From the NCBI RefSeq assembly GCF_964355755.1, contig NC_092674.1:15252001-15316000 (forward strand): DNA of 64,000 bases, in the 5' to 3' direction. How positions within the stretch are numbered: position 1 is the first letter of the stretch; every line of letters starts with the position of its first letter. This stretch comes from Antedon mediterranea. Taxonomy: Eukaryota > Animalia > Echinodermata. The translations under genes and the position numbers were made by a program. This document shows, one piece after another, positions 12,576 through 25,163 of the stretch. The notes under the pieces are model-generated. The model had not been told where the DNA came from. It saw only the letters and a list, made by a program, of their open reading frames with translations, and made no database searches.

Positions 12576-14109
12576 GATAGAAAGTGAGCCTCACTGTATT
12601 TATTGTTAAAGCATGGTACGAATCTACTTTATATGCATTGTTTCTTAACAATTATAACATATAATTTTAATAATTACACTGTAGTGTATGATACTGATAG
12701 CTTTTGTATTTTGTTGCCCATTAGCTTATTCTAAATCACTGCCATGTAAACGTTTGGGAATGTTTACTGAAAAATTATGTGTTGATTGATTGATTTTATT
12801 TAGTAATTTATGACAATTTAAAAAGTGTTTTGATTATCAATTTAATGATATATATGGTATTTGGTTTTATTTTTCAACATTAATTCACGCGTCTATTGTA
12901 GCAATTTGTACACTTAATATATGACGGGTTATTGAAAATCGTTTTTTAACATTATTTTATAAATTGATATTATACTGAAGTTTGCCATTATTTGTTTTTA
13001 TGGCAATAAAATTAAAATTAATGAAATATCGGCACATTTCGTATCATATTACTTGTTTGTTCGATTGTACTATAATATTAATATTAATATGTATTGAAGT
13101 ATATAGTAAGTCTTACAAAAACACTGGAGTATCATTGAATTTGAAGTGTTTATTGTGTTTTTATTGATTATGTTTGAAGATGGCGTGTATGCTGTTCATA
13201 CAGTATGTATGTGTATGTTTTATTGATTGTCAGTTTATAAGGTACGCTGTTCGTATGTTATTTAGACAGAGAATGAGTTTGAATGAATGTTTTGTTTCGT
13301 ATGTAGTTCATATGTTGCAGATAGAAGTGCTAATGTACGCTTTTCGTATATTATAATTATATGGTTGGAGTCTTATTTTTATTGTTGCAGAGAATAAGTT
13401 TGAATTAATGTTTTGTTTCGTATGCAGATCATGTTGCAGATAGAAGTGCTGATGTCACGGAGTGGTTGGAGTTTTATTTTTATTGTTGCAGAGGGGCAAT
13501 TCCATAATATAATAACAATTTTGTCAAAATTAAAAACACGTCAAATATGTTTATTATTGATATAATTTCATAGGTTATATAATGTAGTATTATAAAAAAA
13601 ATATTATTTTTATGAAATACTTGTGATTTCTCATATAATTTTGTTTAAAAACGAGTATAAATTATTGAATATTTGACAATAAATATCGATTTAAGGATTA
13701 GGAACTATATTTTTTTTACTTTAAAATAACATCATTCAATTTCTTTTTACAATATATAATAACAAAGGATAAATATTGCTATTGATAAAAAAAAAATTTT
13801 TTTTATTGATCATATATATTTTATAATTAAATTTTGTTTGGGGTAATATATCTTGTACGTCCGACACAAAAATATTACATTTTTTCCCGTCTACTTTTAA
13901 CCAAATACAAAGGTTTTGCCAAAGTTATGTTTTAAAGGTAAATAAGTATATTGAGTACATTTATACTAGTTTGTGTTTTCTAATTACACTATTTAAGAAA
14001 ACTTGTGTCAGACGTACATTTTAGATGTACGTCCGACACTGTACGTCCGACACAACAGTACACACTACTGCACACTACACACTATTTGTTCATTTAACAA
14101 TGCATGATA

Positions 14110-15051
14110 TTACATAGCCTATGTAAATACGCGAACGTGATTGGTTGAAACTGCATCACATGACTACCGCTGCGAGGATCGTAAATCGTATATATCCTCG
14201 AGAACGATGATATTGACTGTGTAATTTTCGCGTAATTATCGTGTCCCCTGTCATTAAACATATAGATTCTCGAGTACGATGATATTGACTGTGTAATTTT
14301 CGTGTGCAACACTCGAGTTTGCCGATAAATAAACAAAAGTCATCTACTCGATCTTGAACTCGGGTGGAATTGTCACTCCATCGCAAGACAACGTCTCATC
14401 CGCTTGGCCACGGAATTTGCTTGAAGAAATATTAATCTTCTAAACTATTTAAGCTATGCATACATAGCGCCCTCATTTGTTATAAGTCCACCCTAAATGT
14501 GATGAAACACCGTTTGTGATTGGTCAATACTCACGGTAGTAACCTAGTAACTAGTACGCGCTGAACATCCGGTGATTCGGCTCCTCGAAGATCGAGAGAA
14601 GACGAATTGTTTATTCGGCCTACCTGATTATAATATTATTATTAATAGGCTTATTGATGGAAATTCTTCTGTTAATTTAAACGACCTAGGCCTAAGTGAA
14701 TATTTTATTGCCAAGGAATCATTAATTAGTAATTATCTGTATATTATTCTTCGCAAGGTAAGGTGTCTAGGCAGGCTTGTTTTAAATACAATACAACTAC
14801 TATAGGAGGCCTAGCCTAGCTTCACCCAACCCAGCAGACTTGTTCTTGGCTATATAATATAACAGATATTGCCTTTTATATCGGTTAAATATAAGATTTG
14901 ACATCCCCTCGGGAATGATATTAAGTTCTCGGGGAATATATATTTCCCTCAGCTGGCGCTTCGGGAAATATATATTCCCTCGAACTTAATATCATTCCCT
15001 CGGGGATGTCAAATCTTATATTTAACCTCTAAGCAGTCAATATCTGTATAA
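14110..15051. mobile_element. Non-autonomous Crypton-like element with a long terminal hairpin, inside Sola2
   Basis: Starts TTACATAG...GTGATTGG...CACATGA and ends in a 186-bp imperfect hairpin (14862-15047) plus TATAA. No TSD seen. The family call rests on resemblance only. Confidence 0.55.
14343..14420 (-). pseudogene. tRNA-like remnant (Pol III A and B boxes)
   Basis: The minus strand reads GTGGCCAAGCGG (A box) ... GAGTTCAAGATC (B-box-like). The cloverleaf is not intact. Confidence 0.45.
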
Positions 15052-15527
15052 TATAGCCCCAAAAGCACATGATATGTGCATGTTAAAAACTTTTGACCAA
15101 TCAAATGCAAGTAAATATTGCTGATCACATTTTGACCAATCACTGTGAGAAAAACAAGTTTTTCCCACTGAAGTTGACTAGTAGACACATTTGTTAAAAT
15201 ATTCAGTACAGAAGTACAGAAATTAATTGAAGCAGATAATATTACTGTAGCCTAATTCAGGTAAGATTTCTATGATAGACTTTATTATATTAAAAACAAT
15301 AAAATAACCTAAATATTTATTTAGTATTTTAGGAGATTATAACATTAAATAAAACAAAATAATATCAATAAGTTTATAAACATTCATACGAAATCAGGAT
15401 AAAATGGTCATGAATTAGATTATTTATTTAAAGGCTTATATGAAATAGTTAATTTACTTTTTAAAATTAATTGAATTTCATTTAATTTAAACCAGTATTT
15501 AATTTTTATTTATAGGACACAAGCATC

Positions 15528-15898
15528 ATGGTGCTTACCAATAAAGAAAGGCAAGCACGGAAGCATGCTCGGCAAAAACAAGACCCAGATAAATATAGAC
15601 AGATCCTTGAAAAGGACAGAGTGCGAAAAGCTAAGAGCAGAGCTGCTGCAAAGGCAAGAATGAGTCAACACAATTGGAAAGCTTATCGAGCTGCAGAGAA
15701 TGCACGCATATCTGCTTACAGGAAAGGAAAGAAGGAGCAAGGAGGGCCTGCTCAACCAGAGGGAGAAAATAATATAAAACCATACAAGTCTGCTCAATCA
15801 ATGGGACGAGCTGTGCAAAAAGTTCGTACCTCGTTACCTTTCTCACCTAACAAGAAAAGGGCGGTTGCTGCAGTGGTTGCTACAGAGGTTGGTTTAAC
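15528..15898 (+). pseudogene. Sola2 transposase, N-terminal part (before the hAT insertion)
   Basis: MVLTNKERQ...YKSAQSMGRAVQKVRTSLPFSPNKKRAV...EVGL. Preceded by a 5'UTR intron (GTAAG at 15261, TTTATAG ending 15515). Joins in frame to 24026 once the insertion and one TSD copy are removed. Confidence 0.85.
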
Positions 15899-17241
15899 TA
15901 GGTATCCCAATGAAAGCGCACAGAGGGGTATCACTTTTGAAATATTAACAAAATTCGAAAAAGTAGTATGACTTTGATGGTAAATAAATCGTATTCACTC
16001 TTAATTAATACTTAAAAAATTTACATTGTTTAAAAGTACTTGTTTTAATCTATGTATAAGTGTGTTTACAATTAAAATTAATGAAGTAGTTGCCGAGAAA
16101 ATGCGATTTTAAAACGGTTCTAAAATCCCGTCGAGCGGATTTTCGCGCGTCGAAAACCTCATCGGAAAATCCCCATCAGTTTTCAAAACAGGATCGCACG
16201 ATTACCATCAAAGCTAGCGGATTAATTTTTGTTGTATTTTATCAAGCTTTGAATGGGCTTCAATTTGATGGGTAAATCGGCTTGTATGGACAGGTTTATC
16301 ATCATGAAATGTTGATTTTTGTGACGAAACGTGTGTTTTCAATCACTATTTGTATAAAAATCTTGTGGATTTTGGTATTAAATTAGAGCTAAACCTATGT
16401 TCAATTTAATAAAACATGGTTTTAAAATGTATTTTGTATGGTAATTAAGCGATCTATATTTTTAAAACGGCGTATGAAGTGAGAATTCCGTTGGAAATTG
16501 AAAGATTCAACCATTGTAGTCCGGGGGAAAGAATAACCAATAATAATCCATGATATAACAAAGGCACGTGTTTTTCGCGACGATAAACATATCACCCCTG
16601 TCCGTGAATGGTATATTCCGAATTTGTGCCGTTCAAAAAAATTTCTGTCGTGTTGATCGAAAGTTTAGTAGAGACAAGTAAAATGGCTGAATTTGCGAAG
16701 ATTCGAAACGAGATTGGTAAATATGTATATAATTACTTAAAATAATACAATTATTAGTTACGGATTGTGTTTTATTATAGATCAACGAAACGATAGTATA
16801 AAAATAACAATTATAATCCAAGGCCTCTAGACATTGAATTCGCCCAGTTGCATTGTGCCACTGTCGCCTTTGTTAATCGCTTGGATGATGTACATGGACG
16901 CCGTCGCTTTGATGGTTTTGGGCCTAGGTTACGTTGTGTAGATAATTAAGTTACAATTTAATTTTAGGCTAGCAGCATGGCCTAGAACTATACATTATAT
17001 GCTGGCTTATCTAGGCCCTACCCCTTTACTAAAAGCATAGCTAGGCATATGTATTTTCAATATTGTATTGCTACTGTATTTAGGCCTAACTAGATAGTAG
17101 TACTACTAATTAATTAATATCTTACTTAGGCATATACATTCAATTATAAGTAAGCAGTATGTCTATCCTCTCTATAGTAATTTTTATTATTATTATTAAT
17201 TTCTTACAGATAACAGTGCTTTCAAGAGCCTGAAGAACGAA

Positions 17242-20200
17242 ATGATGAAAGGAAGAGGAAGACCTCTTGTAAAAAGTGAAAATGTGACCAATGAATTTTT
17301 GGTACAAGTTTACTTTCTTAAGGAGGATTTGAGATTTTCGTGGACCGCTATTTCAAAAATACTCATGAAATTAGTTCCAATTTTTCCTGCGGAAAAATGG
17401 AGACAATTGGTACAAAGTACAATGGTATCCGTTCCAGAGGATGCTGTTAATAGAAAAACGTTTTATTTAAAAGAGGTTGATCTTCTTTATTTGGGTATGT
17501 TTAGGTTAGGCTTAGATTATTATAGATGTTAAATTGTTTTAGTTCTACTAATTTTTTTCTGACACGGTAAGTATTTTTTGTCACACAGTAAGTATTTTGT
17601 TATTTTAAATATTATTAAACCTATTCAACTTGTTTTCACATAACAACCTCAGACTAAGTGGTAATATCATTTTGAAATAAAGATAATAATAATTTGAACG
17701 TGTTTTGTTGGTTTATTGTTTCTGTTTTTTTTTTAATCTTGCATAAAAAATGTTGCCGTTTTCGCAAACAGCACTTTAACAAGAACATTTAAGCTATGCA
17801 CAGAGTTGTTTCAATATGCTTTTTAATTCAATTTTTAAAAACTATATATTGGACTATAATCAAATAATTGTTATATGAAACAAATACAATATTGCAATTG
17901 AAAGCAAAAACTGTGTTCATAGCTTAAAAGTTTCTTATCTGTTTGTAAAAGGTGATAGATGTAGTGCCATTGGCATCAACCGGAAAACCTTTCAAAGTCT
18001 ACCAGAGATGACATTTCCTCCTCTTACCAGGGGAATTCTTTACGAACTTTCCCTGGTATACGGAGGAAATGAACTATACAGTAGAATCGATATGCTTTGG
18101 CCTGGCCAATTTTCCCAGGCAGTTGTTAAAAAGAAAGTGGCCGAAACAAGAAAGACATACAGCCGATTTAATAAAAACAGAAGGTGGAGTGTGGCAGGAC
18201 GGGAGTATCTTGAAGAAGAAATCGGGGTTGATGAGAAGGTGGTTGATGATAGTGGTAGTAGTAGTACTACTACAGTTAGTAATCCAATGGGGAAAAAAGA
18301 AAGGGTGGATGTTCTGAAAGCAAAAATTTATAAAATGACTCAAGAAAAGGAAGAAATGATTAGTAAACTAGAAACAGTAACACAGTTATGTAGAGAAAAG
18401 GAAATAAAATGTGAAAAAATCCAGGGAAGAGTTGAGGATTTAATTAGTAAAAAGGAAGAATTGGAAGAGGAAAGAATACATGACAAAAATGATTTGAGTA
18501 ACTTACATAAAATAGTAGAAGAGAAAAATTATGAGTTAAGTAATATAAAAAACAAAGATCATAGCAAAGAATTGGGATCAAAAGAAAAAAGAATTGAAAA
18601 GCTTAAAATGGAGAATATTAAGAAAGAAAAACGGATGATTAAAAACCGAAAGAAGATAAATGGTTATAAGAGGTTGATTAGAAAGCTCAAAATTAAAACT
18701 TATAAATTAAAAAAATCAAAAAAAAATTCTAATGATCAGGTTACAAAGATTAAAAGTGAGAATGACAAATTAGTTAATGAAATAACTGTTTTACATGACC
18801 AAATAAATGTTAACAGTATCAAAGAAATGAAAGTTGGTAAAAGGTATAAAGATTGTGTAGATGTTAACATAATGAGGTTATGTGGAGAACAAGGTATAGG
18901 TACTCAGGTAGCTGGTAATGTGATGGCTGGAGTAGCAGAAGATTTGTTTAATGTTAAATTAAGTTCTGTACCCTGTGCATCTACTGCAAATAATGTTATT
19001 GATAGAGCTTTTGTTTTGTCTAATTATCAATTGAAAGAAAGTATTAAGGAATGTGTTAATTGGGATTTGCATGGGGACGGAACATCAAGAGGGGGGAAAA
19101 AATTTTGGGGTAAGCAAATCAATTTAGACAATCAACAGATATTATCGGGAGGATTTTCAGCAATAGCTACTGATGATTCAAATACATTATTGGAATGTGT
19201 GATGGAGTTTTTAGATGATTTAACATATTTGGAGAATGAGGAAGACAGAGAGAGTTTGAAAAAAGAAATGTTAAGTAAGTTGAGAGCAACGATGAATGAT
19301 CGAGCAAGTGTGAATAAAAAATTTAATACAATACTGAGTGAATATAGGAATGAGATCTGTGGTGAAAGTGTTGATGCATTAAAATATTTATTTTGTAATG
19401 CACATTTTTTGTTAGGGTTATCAAACAAAGCTGATGCTATTTTAAAAATATATGAAAAACAGTTGGTCGAGAAAGTTGGATTGGGGAGGGATTCATTAGG
19501 GAAGTTTGCCAGATTTAAATCAGGTGGGGAATCTGCTACGTCGAGACTATTACGAACTGGGTGTGACATATTGGGACCACGAGGAGATGACAAGAATGGA
19601 ATAAGACAAGAATGGGAGGGGTACTGTTTTCAAAAGGGGATTAAATCTTTAATTACTTCGTTCAGGATGAATAGGTTCAACAATTATTTTGAGGGTGCTG
19701 GTACAATCTACTTCCATCGGAATGACATAGTTGATTTTATTACAAATTATAAGGATAAGTTGAATTTAAAAGTTGAGAGTGTGTTGAATGATTGTTTAAG
19801 TTCTGAAATTATTTCGTTAATTAGAGCATTAGGTTTAATTTACTTTTCAGTTACCGGCCCATTTTGGTTATTATTGCATAGCACAATTGAATATGTTGAT
19901 TTGTTTAAATATATACAACCAATGTTACTCAAATTCAAGGAATGGTCAATTGACAGCAGCCCTTTATTAAATGATAGTTTATCAATTTTCAATGATTTTA
20001 GAATGGATGAAAAGAATGAAGTTTGGGCAAAACTGAGAGAAAGAAATGACAGTGATGAAATGACAGAGGAAGTTTTAAGAGAGTTGATGAAAGGGTTTGT
20101 TGATGTGACAGAGAGGCAGTTGAACGATTTCTTGGAAGGCGGAAGTTTTAGTATTGAGCCGAGTCAAGAATTAAGAGCAAAAATGAAAAGCTGTAAATTG

Positions 20201-23141
20201 ACAAACTTGGTTAGTGAATTTGAGTTTGGTGACTTGGATTTCAGCCTATTCAAACGCAGAAATGCATCTCTATTTTTTCATACCAGTATACAAATGTTGA
20301 AAAAAAACAAAACCATCTCCAAATGGCTGAAATCCAAGTCACCGAATGAACAGGCAAAATATTTAGATCTTTGTAGAAAGAATGTTGAAATAACAAAAAG
20401 TAGACAAAAATTAAGAGAAAATGAAGTAATGAAAAGGGTTAAAGAAAAGTTAGAATTGGTGAATAGGACAAAAAAAGAAAAAGATAAAAAAAAACATGAA
20501 GCAGATGAAGTCCTTAAAAAGAAAGTAATAGAACATGCCATGCTCTACGTCTGATGATGTAGAACGTATTCTTACAGGAAAGGGGAAAACGGAACAGCTA
20601 AATATAATTAAAGATGAAATTAGGTATTTGAAAATGCTAGGGGTGAAACATGTAGAAATGAAATTTGTGGGAAAATCTTATAATGAGTTATTTTGGAGAG
20701 TTGTGTGGGGCTAAAAAGACTAAATGAAATTGAAAACGAAATTGAAACAGAGATTCCAGCAAAAAAGCCAAAGTTGGAATTTTCATTTACAGTACCGGAC
20801 AGAATTATTGCAGATTTTGAACGCATTCAACGCATTGTTAAAGTGTTGACAACGCGTTGAAACTGCGTTGTCCGTTGGCGTTGAAAGTGTTGAGTTCGTT
20901 GAACTGTTTATTCAACCAACACAATGTGTTGCGTTGAGTTTGCGTTGAAATAACGAACAATCGGATTCGTATGGTATTTACAGATTGCCAGTGTGTATTA
21001 GTAGTAGTAGTAATAGTATAAAATACAGTATTACAAATATTTAAGAAAACAAACATAATGTGTATTTTTCCGCGGAAACCTAGCTTAATATATTACACTA
21101 GGCTAGGCCTACTACTAACGAGTAGGCCCCGTGTGTATATGAGCCGCGTCTGCCATCGCAGTTAAAAGTAGTGGTCATGTCCTCAATTACTGTGTGCCTA
21201 TATTAACTGGAGTATTAAATACCAAAGTTAAGGCGGCGGTGAATCTTGGAGGCTAGGTCACATCGTAATTAATTATTTCCAAACTAAAAACTTCGCAGTA
21301 CTGTACTACATTTTTCTCGATTATTTATAAAAACAACGTAGCCTACACCCGCCGCCATGGAAGGCAACAATACACCACCAACATAACGATCCAGCATGGT
21401 CGTCGTCTTTTTCACGCATGCTTTTCGTGACGTGAGGGACGAACTGATCGAAAGGTGAAGAGTTCATTCATTATGAAATAACGCGTAATTAAAAGGGAAA
21501 AATCGTTTAGTTTTATTATTATCCATAAATATATCATTATCATGTATTATATTATAAATTAATTATTGTAATGCCTAACGTAACCCATGCAGAGAAAAGC
21601 GTTAAATATAATAACCAAGAAATAGGAATGACCAATTTGATGACAATAGGCAATGTTAGGCGTTTTCTTTAAAATCAAAACCTGTGCCATACCATATTAT
21701 TCACGCCAAGGTGTAACCCACAAATATTTGAATAACCAAACAATTCAGAATAAAGAACCACTTTATTCTGATGCAAGACAATATATTATTACAGGCGAGG
21801 TTTAGGCGTTTTCTCTTTAACATACTATTGTTTTGTTTCTTAAAATAATTATATTGGCCTCCTCCTGAAACTGTATGAATGAGATGGGAGTTGCGAGAAT
21901 ATGCGAGCGAACAGCCAAGATTTTAATCAGTTTACAGCGTGATGCTTTTCAAAACGCGCAACGTTTTCAACGCGTTCAACGCTATGGGATTCAATTGTTT
22001 AACGTCGTCAATGAACGGTCAACGGGTTCAACACATTCAACACGCTCTATTGTTAACGTATTCAAAACGCTTTTTGTACTTAAAAATGTAATGTTGTTCG
22101 ATTTATACAGATTTAAATTGGTTCATGGGTGTCGGACACGTCACATTTTTTAGTTCTTTCAAATTACATTACAACAAACAATGGCACAATTATAAAATAA
22201 AAACCAAAATAGAGAAACAATATTTTAACTTTATCTCTTGAATCTCGAACAGCTAAAAAATGTAGGCCTAAATAAAATTAATTACTTCGTCGTCATTAAC
22301 GATCGTTAAATACGTCATAACACACGTGGTGTTTTTCTTGAGGAAACCAGGGTGGCGGCCTCGTGTGTCGATGTCAGTAATTTCCACGTTGTTTGATTTT
22401 ACGACGTGAGATCGTGTTTTCCCCCGGAAGGCCTACAGTACAGTGTTAACTGTTAGACTTGGCATCGACCTTATTATTCGATGTTTTCCTTCACTAAACA
22501 CTGGGAAATATCACTGTGTGTTTTATTTGGTAACTGTCCGTTCAATACTTAAAAATATATCTAAGCTTCATATATATTTTATTTATATTAAAATATCTGG
22601 TAGTGACTGCCGATAGGTATTTTGCCTGTTGTTGTTACTGATCGTTCAGGCGTGCAATCGGCCAGTCTAGTGCTGCAGCAGCTAGCGTTGAAATAACTAA
22701 TTGTTTACTTGACATGCTGATAATGACTTTCGTTGAATAAACAACTAAACATTGAAAGCCGTTCAACGCAACGCAAACACAACGCAACGACAACGTGTTG
22801 AATGCGTTGGGATTTTTGCAATAATTCTGTCCTGTACTGTAGTACGCACGGTTGCTGTGGCATATGAACAGGACTGGTTCATAGGCTCAGTAATTGAAAT
22901 AATTTCTTCAGAGGAGGCAACAATACAATTTATGACTAGGGGAAAGGGAGGGATTTTGAAATGGCCTCTTTCTGATGATATAGACAACATTAATTCACGT
23001 TTTGTTTTTAAATCAAATCTGGAGGTACTAACAAAAAATGGTAGAACATATTTTGTAAATGATGAATCATTAAAGACAGCTTATAAAGATTATCATTATA
23101 TTTATTTTAGTTCTAATGAAGTAATTGATGAAGATATATAA
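17242..23141 (+). pseudogene. hATw-like transposase gene, spliced and disrupted near the C-terminus
   Basis: Exon 17242-17494, GT-AG intron 17495-17951, then an exon from 17952 in frame with ORF 18008-20554. Motifs LHGDGT, TMNDRA, FCNAH, RMNRFN and TNLVSEFEFG, with a long coiled coil N-terminally. Frameshift near 20537 (EH/PCSTSDDVERIL). The tail VAVAYEQDWFIG...KWP resumes at 22842-23141 after the nested insertion. Confidence 0.85.
20790..22839. mobile_element. 2-kb non-autonomous TIR element inside the hAT transposase gene
   Basis: 23-bp TIRs CAGTAC[C/A]GGACAGAATTATTGCA with one mismatch, flanked by TA on both sides. Many CAACG/CGTTG/TTCAAC motifs at both ends and in the middle. No coding capacity. 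Confidence 0.85.
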
Positions 23142-24025
23142 TTTGAAATAATCATTATTATCAGACAAAAAATATAAATGCATTGAATACACTTGGTATA
23201 TTATTATTTTTATTATTATTGTTCATGATTCTTCTAATCTTCCAGTGATGATTTCTGCTGGAGGAAAAAAACACTGTTGAGAAAATTAAATGATTATTCA
23301 TAAGCTACTGAATACAATGTGTTTTCATTCATTGATCTCATTTTAACTGGCAATAGTGGACTACTAGAAAATACAATTAAGTGACCAAACATTGTAAAAT
23401 TCAAGTTTGACACGGTTTTGTATAAGTTTGAATATTATGTAATTTCCCAGTTTTTCAAGTTTTACTAAATTTTAGAAGACCCTTGCAAAAAATATGGAGT
23501 TAAAACCATCATTAAAGTTAGTCCTAGATCTTGTACATACCTTTAACATTTCAGTAAAGCAAAATTTATTTAAATTGGATAAGGGGTTTGGTTAATTATG
23601 ACCTTTTGAGTACCTACTACTTTTGGCGTTTTTTCGGATTTTTCGGAAAATTGATGAAAACTGCTAAAATACCACCTTTTAGACCCATTATTTTAAAAAC
23701 TGGGCCATAGAAATGTTCAAAAAAAAATAGGCATGTACAACTCCATGGTATCTATGGGACTAGTAAAAATAAGTTATTGTTTGTCATTATTTAAAAAGTT
23801 ACAGCCCTCCAAAAATGGCCCAGACTGCGACAAACGAAAAACGTATTTTTTGACCTAAAATTGACCTTTTTTTTCAGACTTTAAAAGACTATAACTTTTT
23901 AACGGAACGTCGGATTTCATTCATTTAAACTGCATAATTTACAGTGAAAAAAGTTCTTATGATATAGTTTTAAAAATGTGATGACATATAGGTTTTAATT
24001 TTTTCATTGGGATACCTAGTTTAAC

Positions 24026-25163
24026 TAGTATAATTGAGCCAAGGCCATCTAAACAAGGAAGACCTGTTTTAGATACCACTATAAGGGAGAAAGTGATTGA
24101 ATTCTACCTGAAGGATGACATATCTTGGCAGGCTCCTGGAAGAAAGGATAGAGTAATAATCAGAACAAAAGATAAAAGTGGAAAAAAACTTAAAACCATT
24201 TACCAAGCTCGATACATGCTAATGTCTTTAAGAGAGGCACATGACCTATTTTGTATAGGTAATGGAAAGGTAATAGGCATAACTAAATTCTGTGATCTGA
24301 GGCCCAGGTATGTAAAGCTATTTGACAGCATACCGCATAATGTGTGCGTGTGCAGCTACCATGAGAATGTGCGCCTAATTTTACTTACCTTGAAACCAGT
24401 AACAAACCTACCAGACAGCACATCATTGTTCACAGACATGATTGTATGTAGCATGGAATCAAAGGCTTGCATGATACAGAAATGCCAAGATTGTGTCAAC
24501 AAAATTGAGCTTTTTGCACCCTCAGAAGAAGCATTGGATTTGTTGGTGAAATATCATCAGTGGCAAAATCTTAGTGGTGAAGGTGTTGATAAAGTTGAGA
24601 TAATGGCAAGTATTGGGGATATCTTTGCAGAATTGAAGAGGCAGCTCAACCCGTTTCTTATCCATTCCTACATTAAGCAATCCCAGGCTGCTTGTATGGA
24701 ACGTCTAAAAACAAATGTTGATGGTAAGAATGTTCTTCTCCAAGTTGACTTCTCAGAAAATGCCAGTCTGATCAACCAAAATGAAATCCAATCTGCACAT
24801 TGGAATCATGGTCAAGCAACACTGTTCACAGCTCATGCATGGATCAACTCTAACACAAGTGAAAGCATTGTAATCATCTCGGATGACCTAGACCACACAA
24901 AGATTAGTGTACATGCTGTCATGTCACTGATCCTCACCAAGATCAAGGAAAAATACCCAACAATTGAAAACATGAATGTTTTTTCTGATGGAGCTGGAGC
25001 CCACTTCAAACAACGATTTCTTTTTTCTAATCTATTTAATTGGGAAAAATTGTTTAATATTAATTTAAAGTGGAATTTTTTTGCCACTTCCCATGGGAAG
25101 GGCGTAGTAGATGGACATGGTGGTACCGTCAAAGGTGTGATAAGAAAATTATATTGTTTTTAA
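24026..25163 (+). pseudogene. Sola2 transposase, catalytic part (C-terminus appears truncated)
   Basis: SWQAPGRKD, KFCDLRP, CVCSYHEN, VDFSEN, EIQSAHW, ISDDLDH, FSDGAGAHFKQ and FFATSHGKGVVDGHGGTVK. Recognisable similarity stops shortly after GGTVK. Confidence 0.88.

Larger units (their letters stand above)
15899..24018 (+). mobile_element. hAT-superfamily element (hATw-like) inserted into the Sola2 ORF
   Basis: Perfect 17-bp TIRs TAGGTATCCCAATGAAA and a 7-bp TSD GTTTAAC (15892-15898, 24019-24025). Encodes a divergent hAT-type transposase. Confidence 0.9.

Noticed and set aside
22752-23141. 129-aa ORF as an independent gene
   Set aside because: Chimeric: the first 30 or so codons come from the nested TIR element and the rest is the hAT transposase tail.
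15890-24027. Alternative 9- or 11-bp TSD readings for the large hAT element
   Set aside because: With symmetric termini they need a mismatch, whereas TAGG termini give a perfect 7-bp TSD, and the element at 26865-28009 shows the same pattern.
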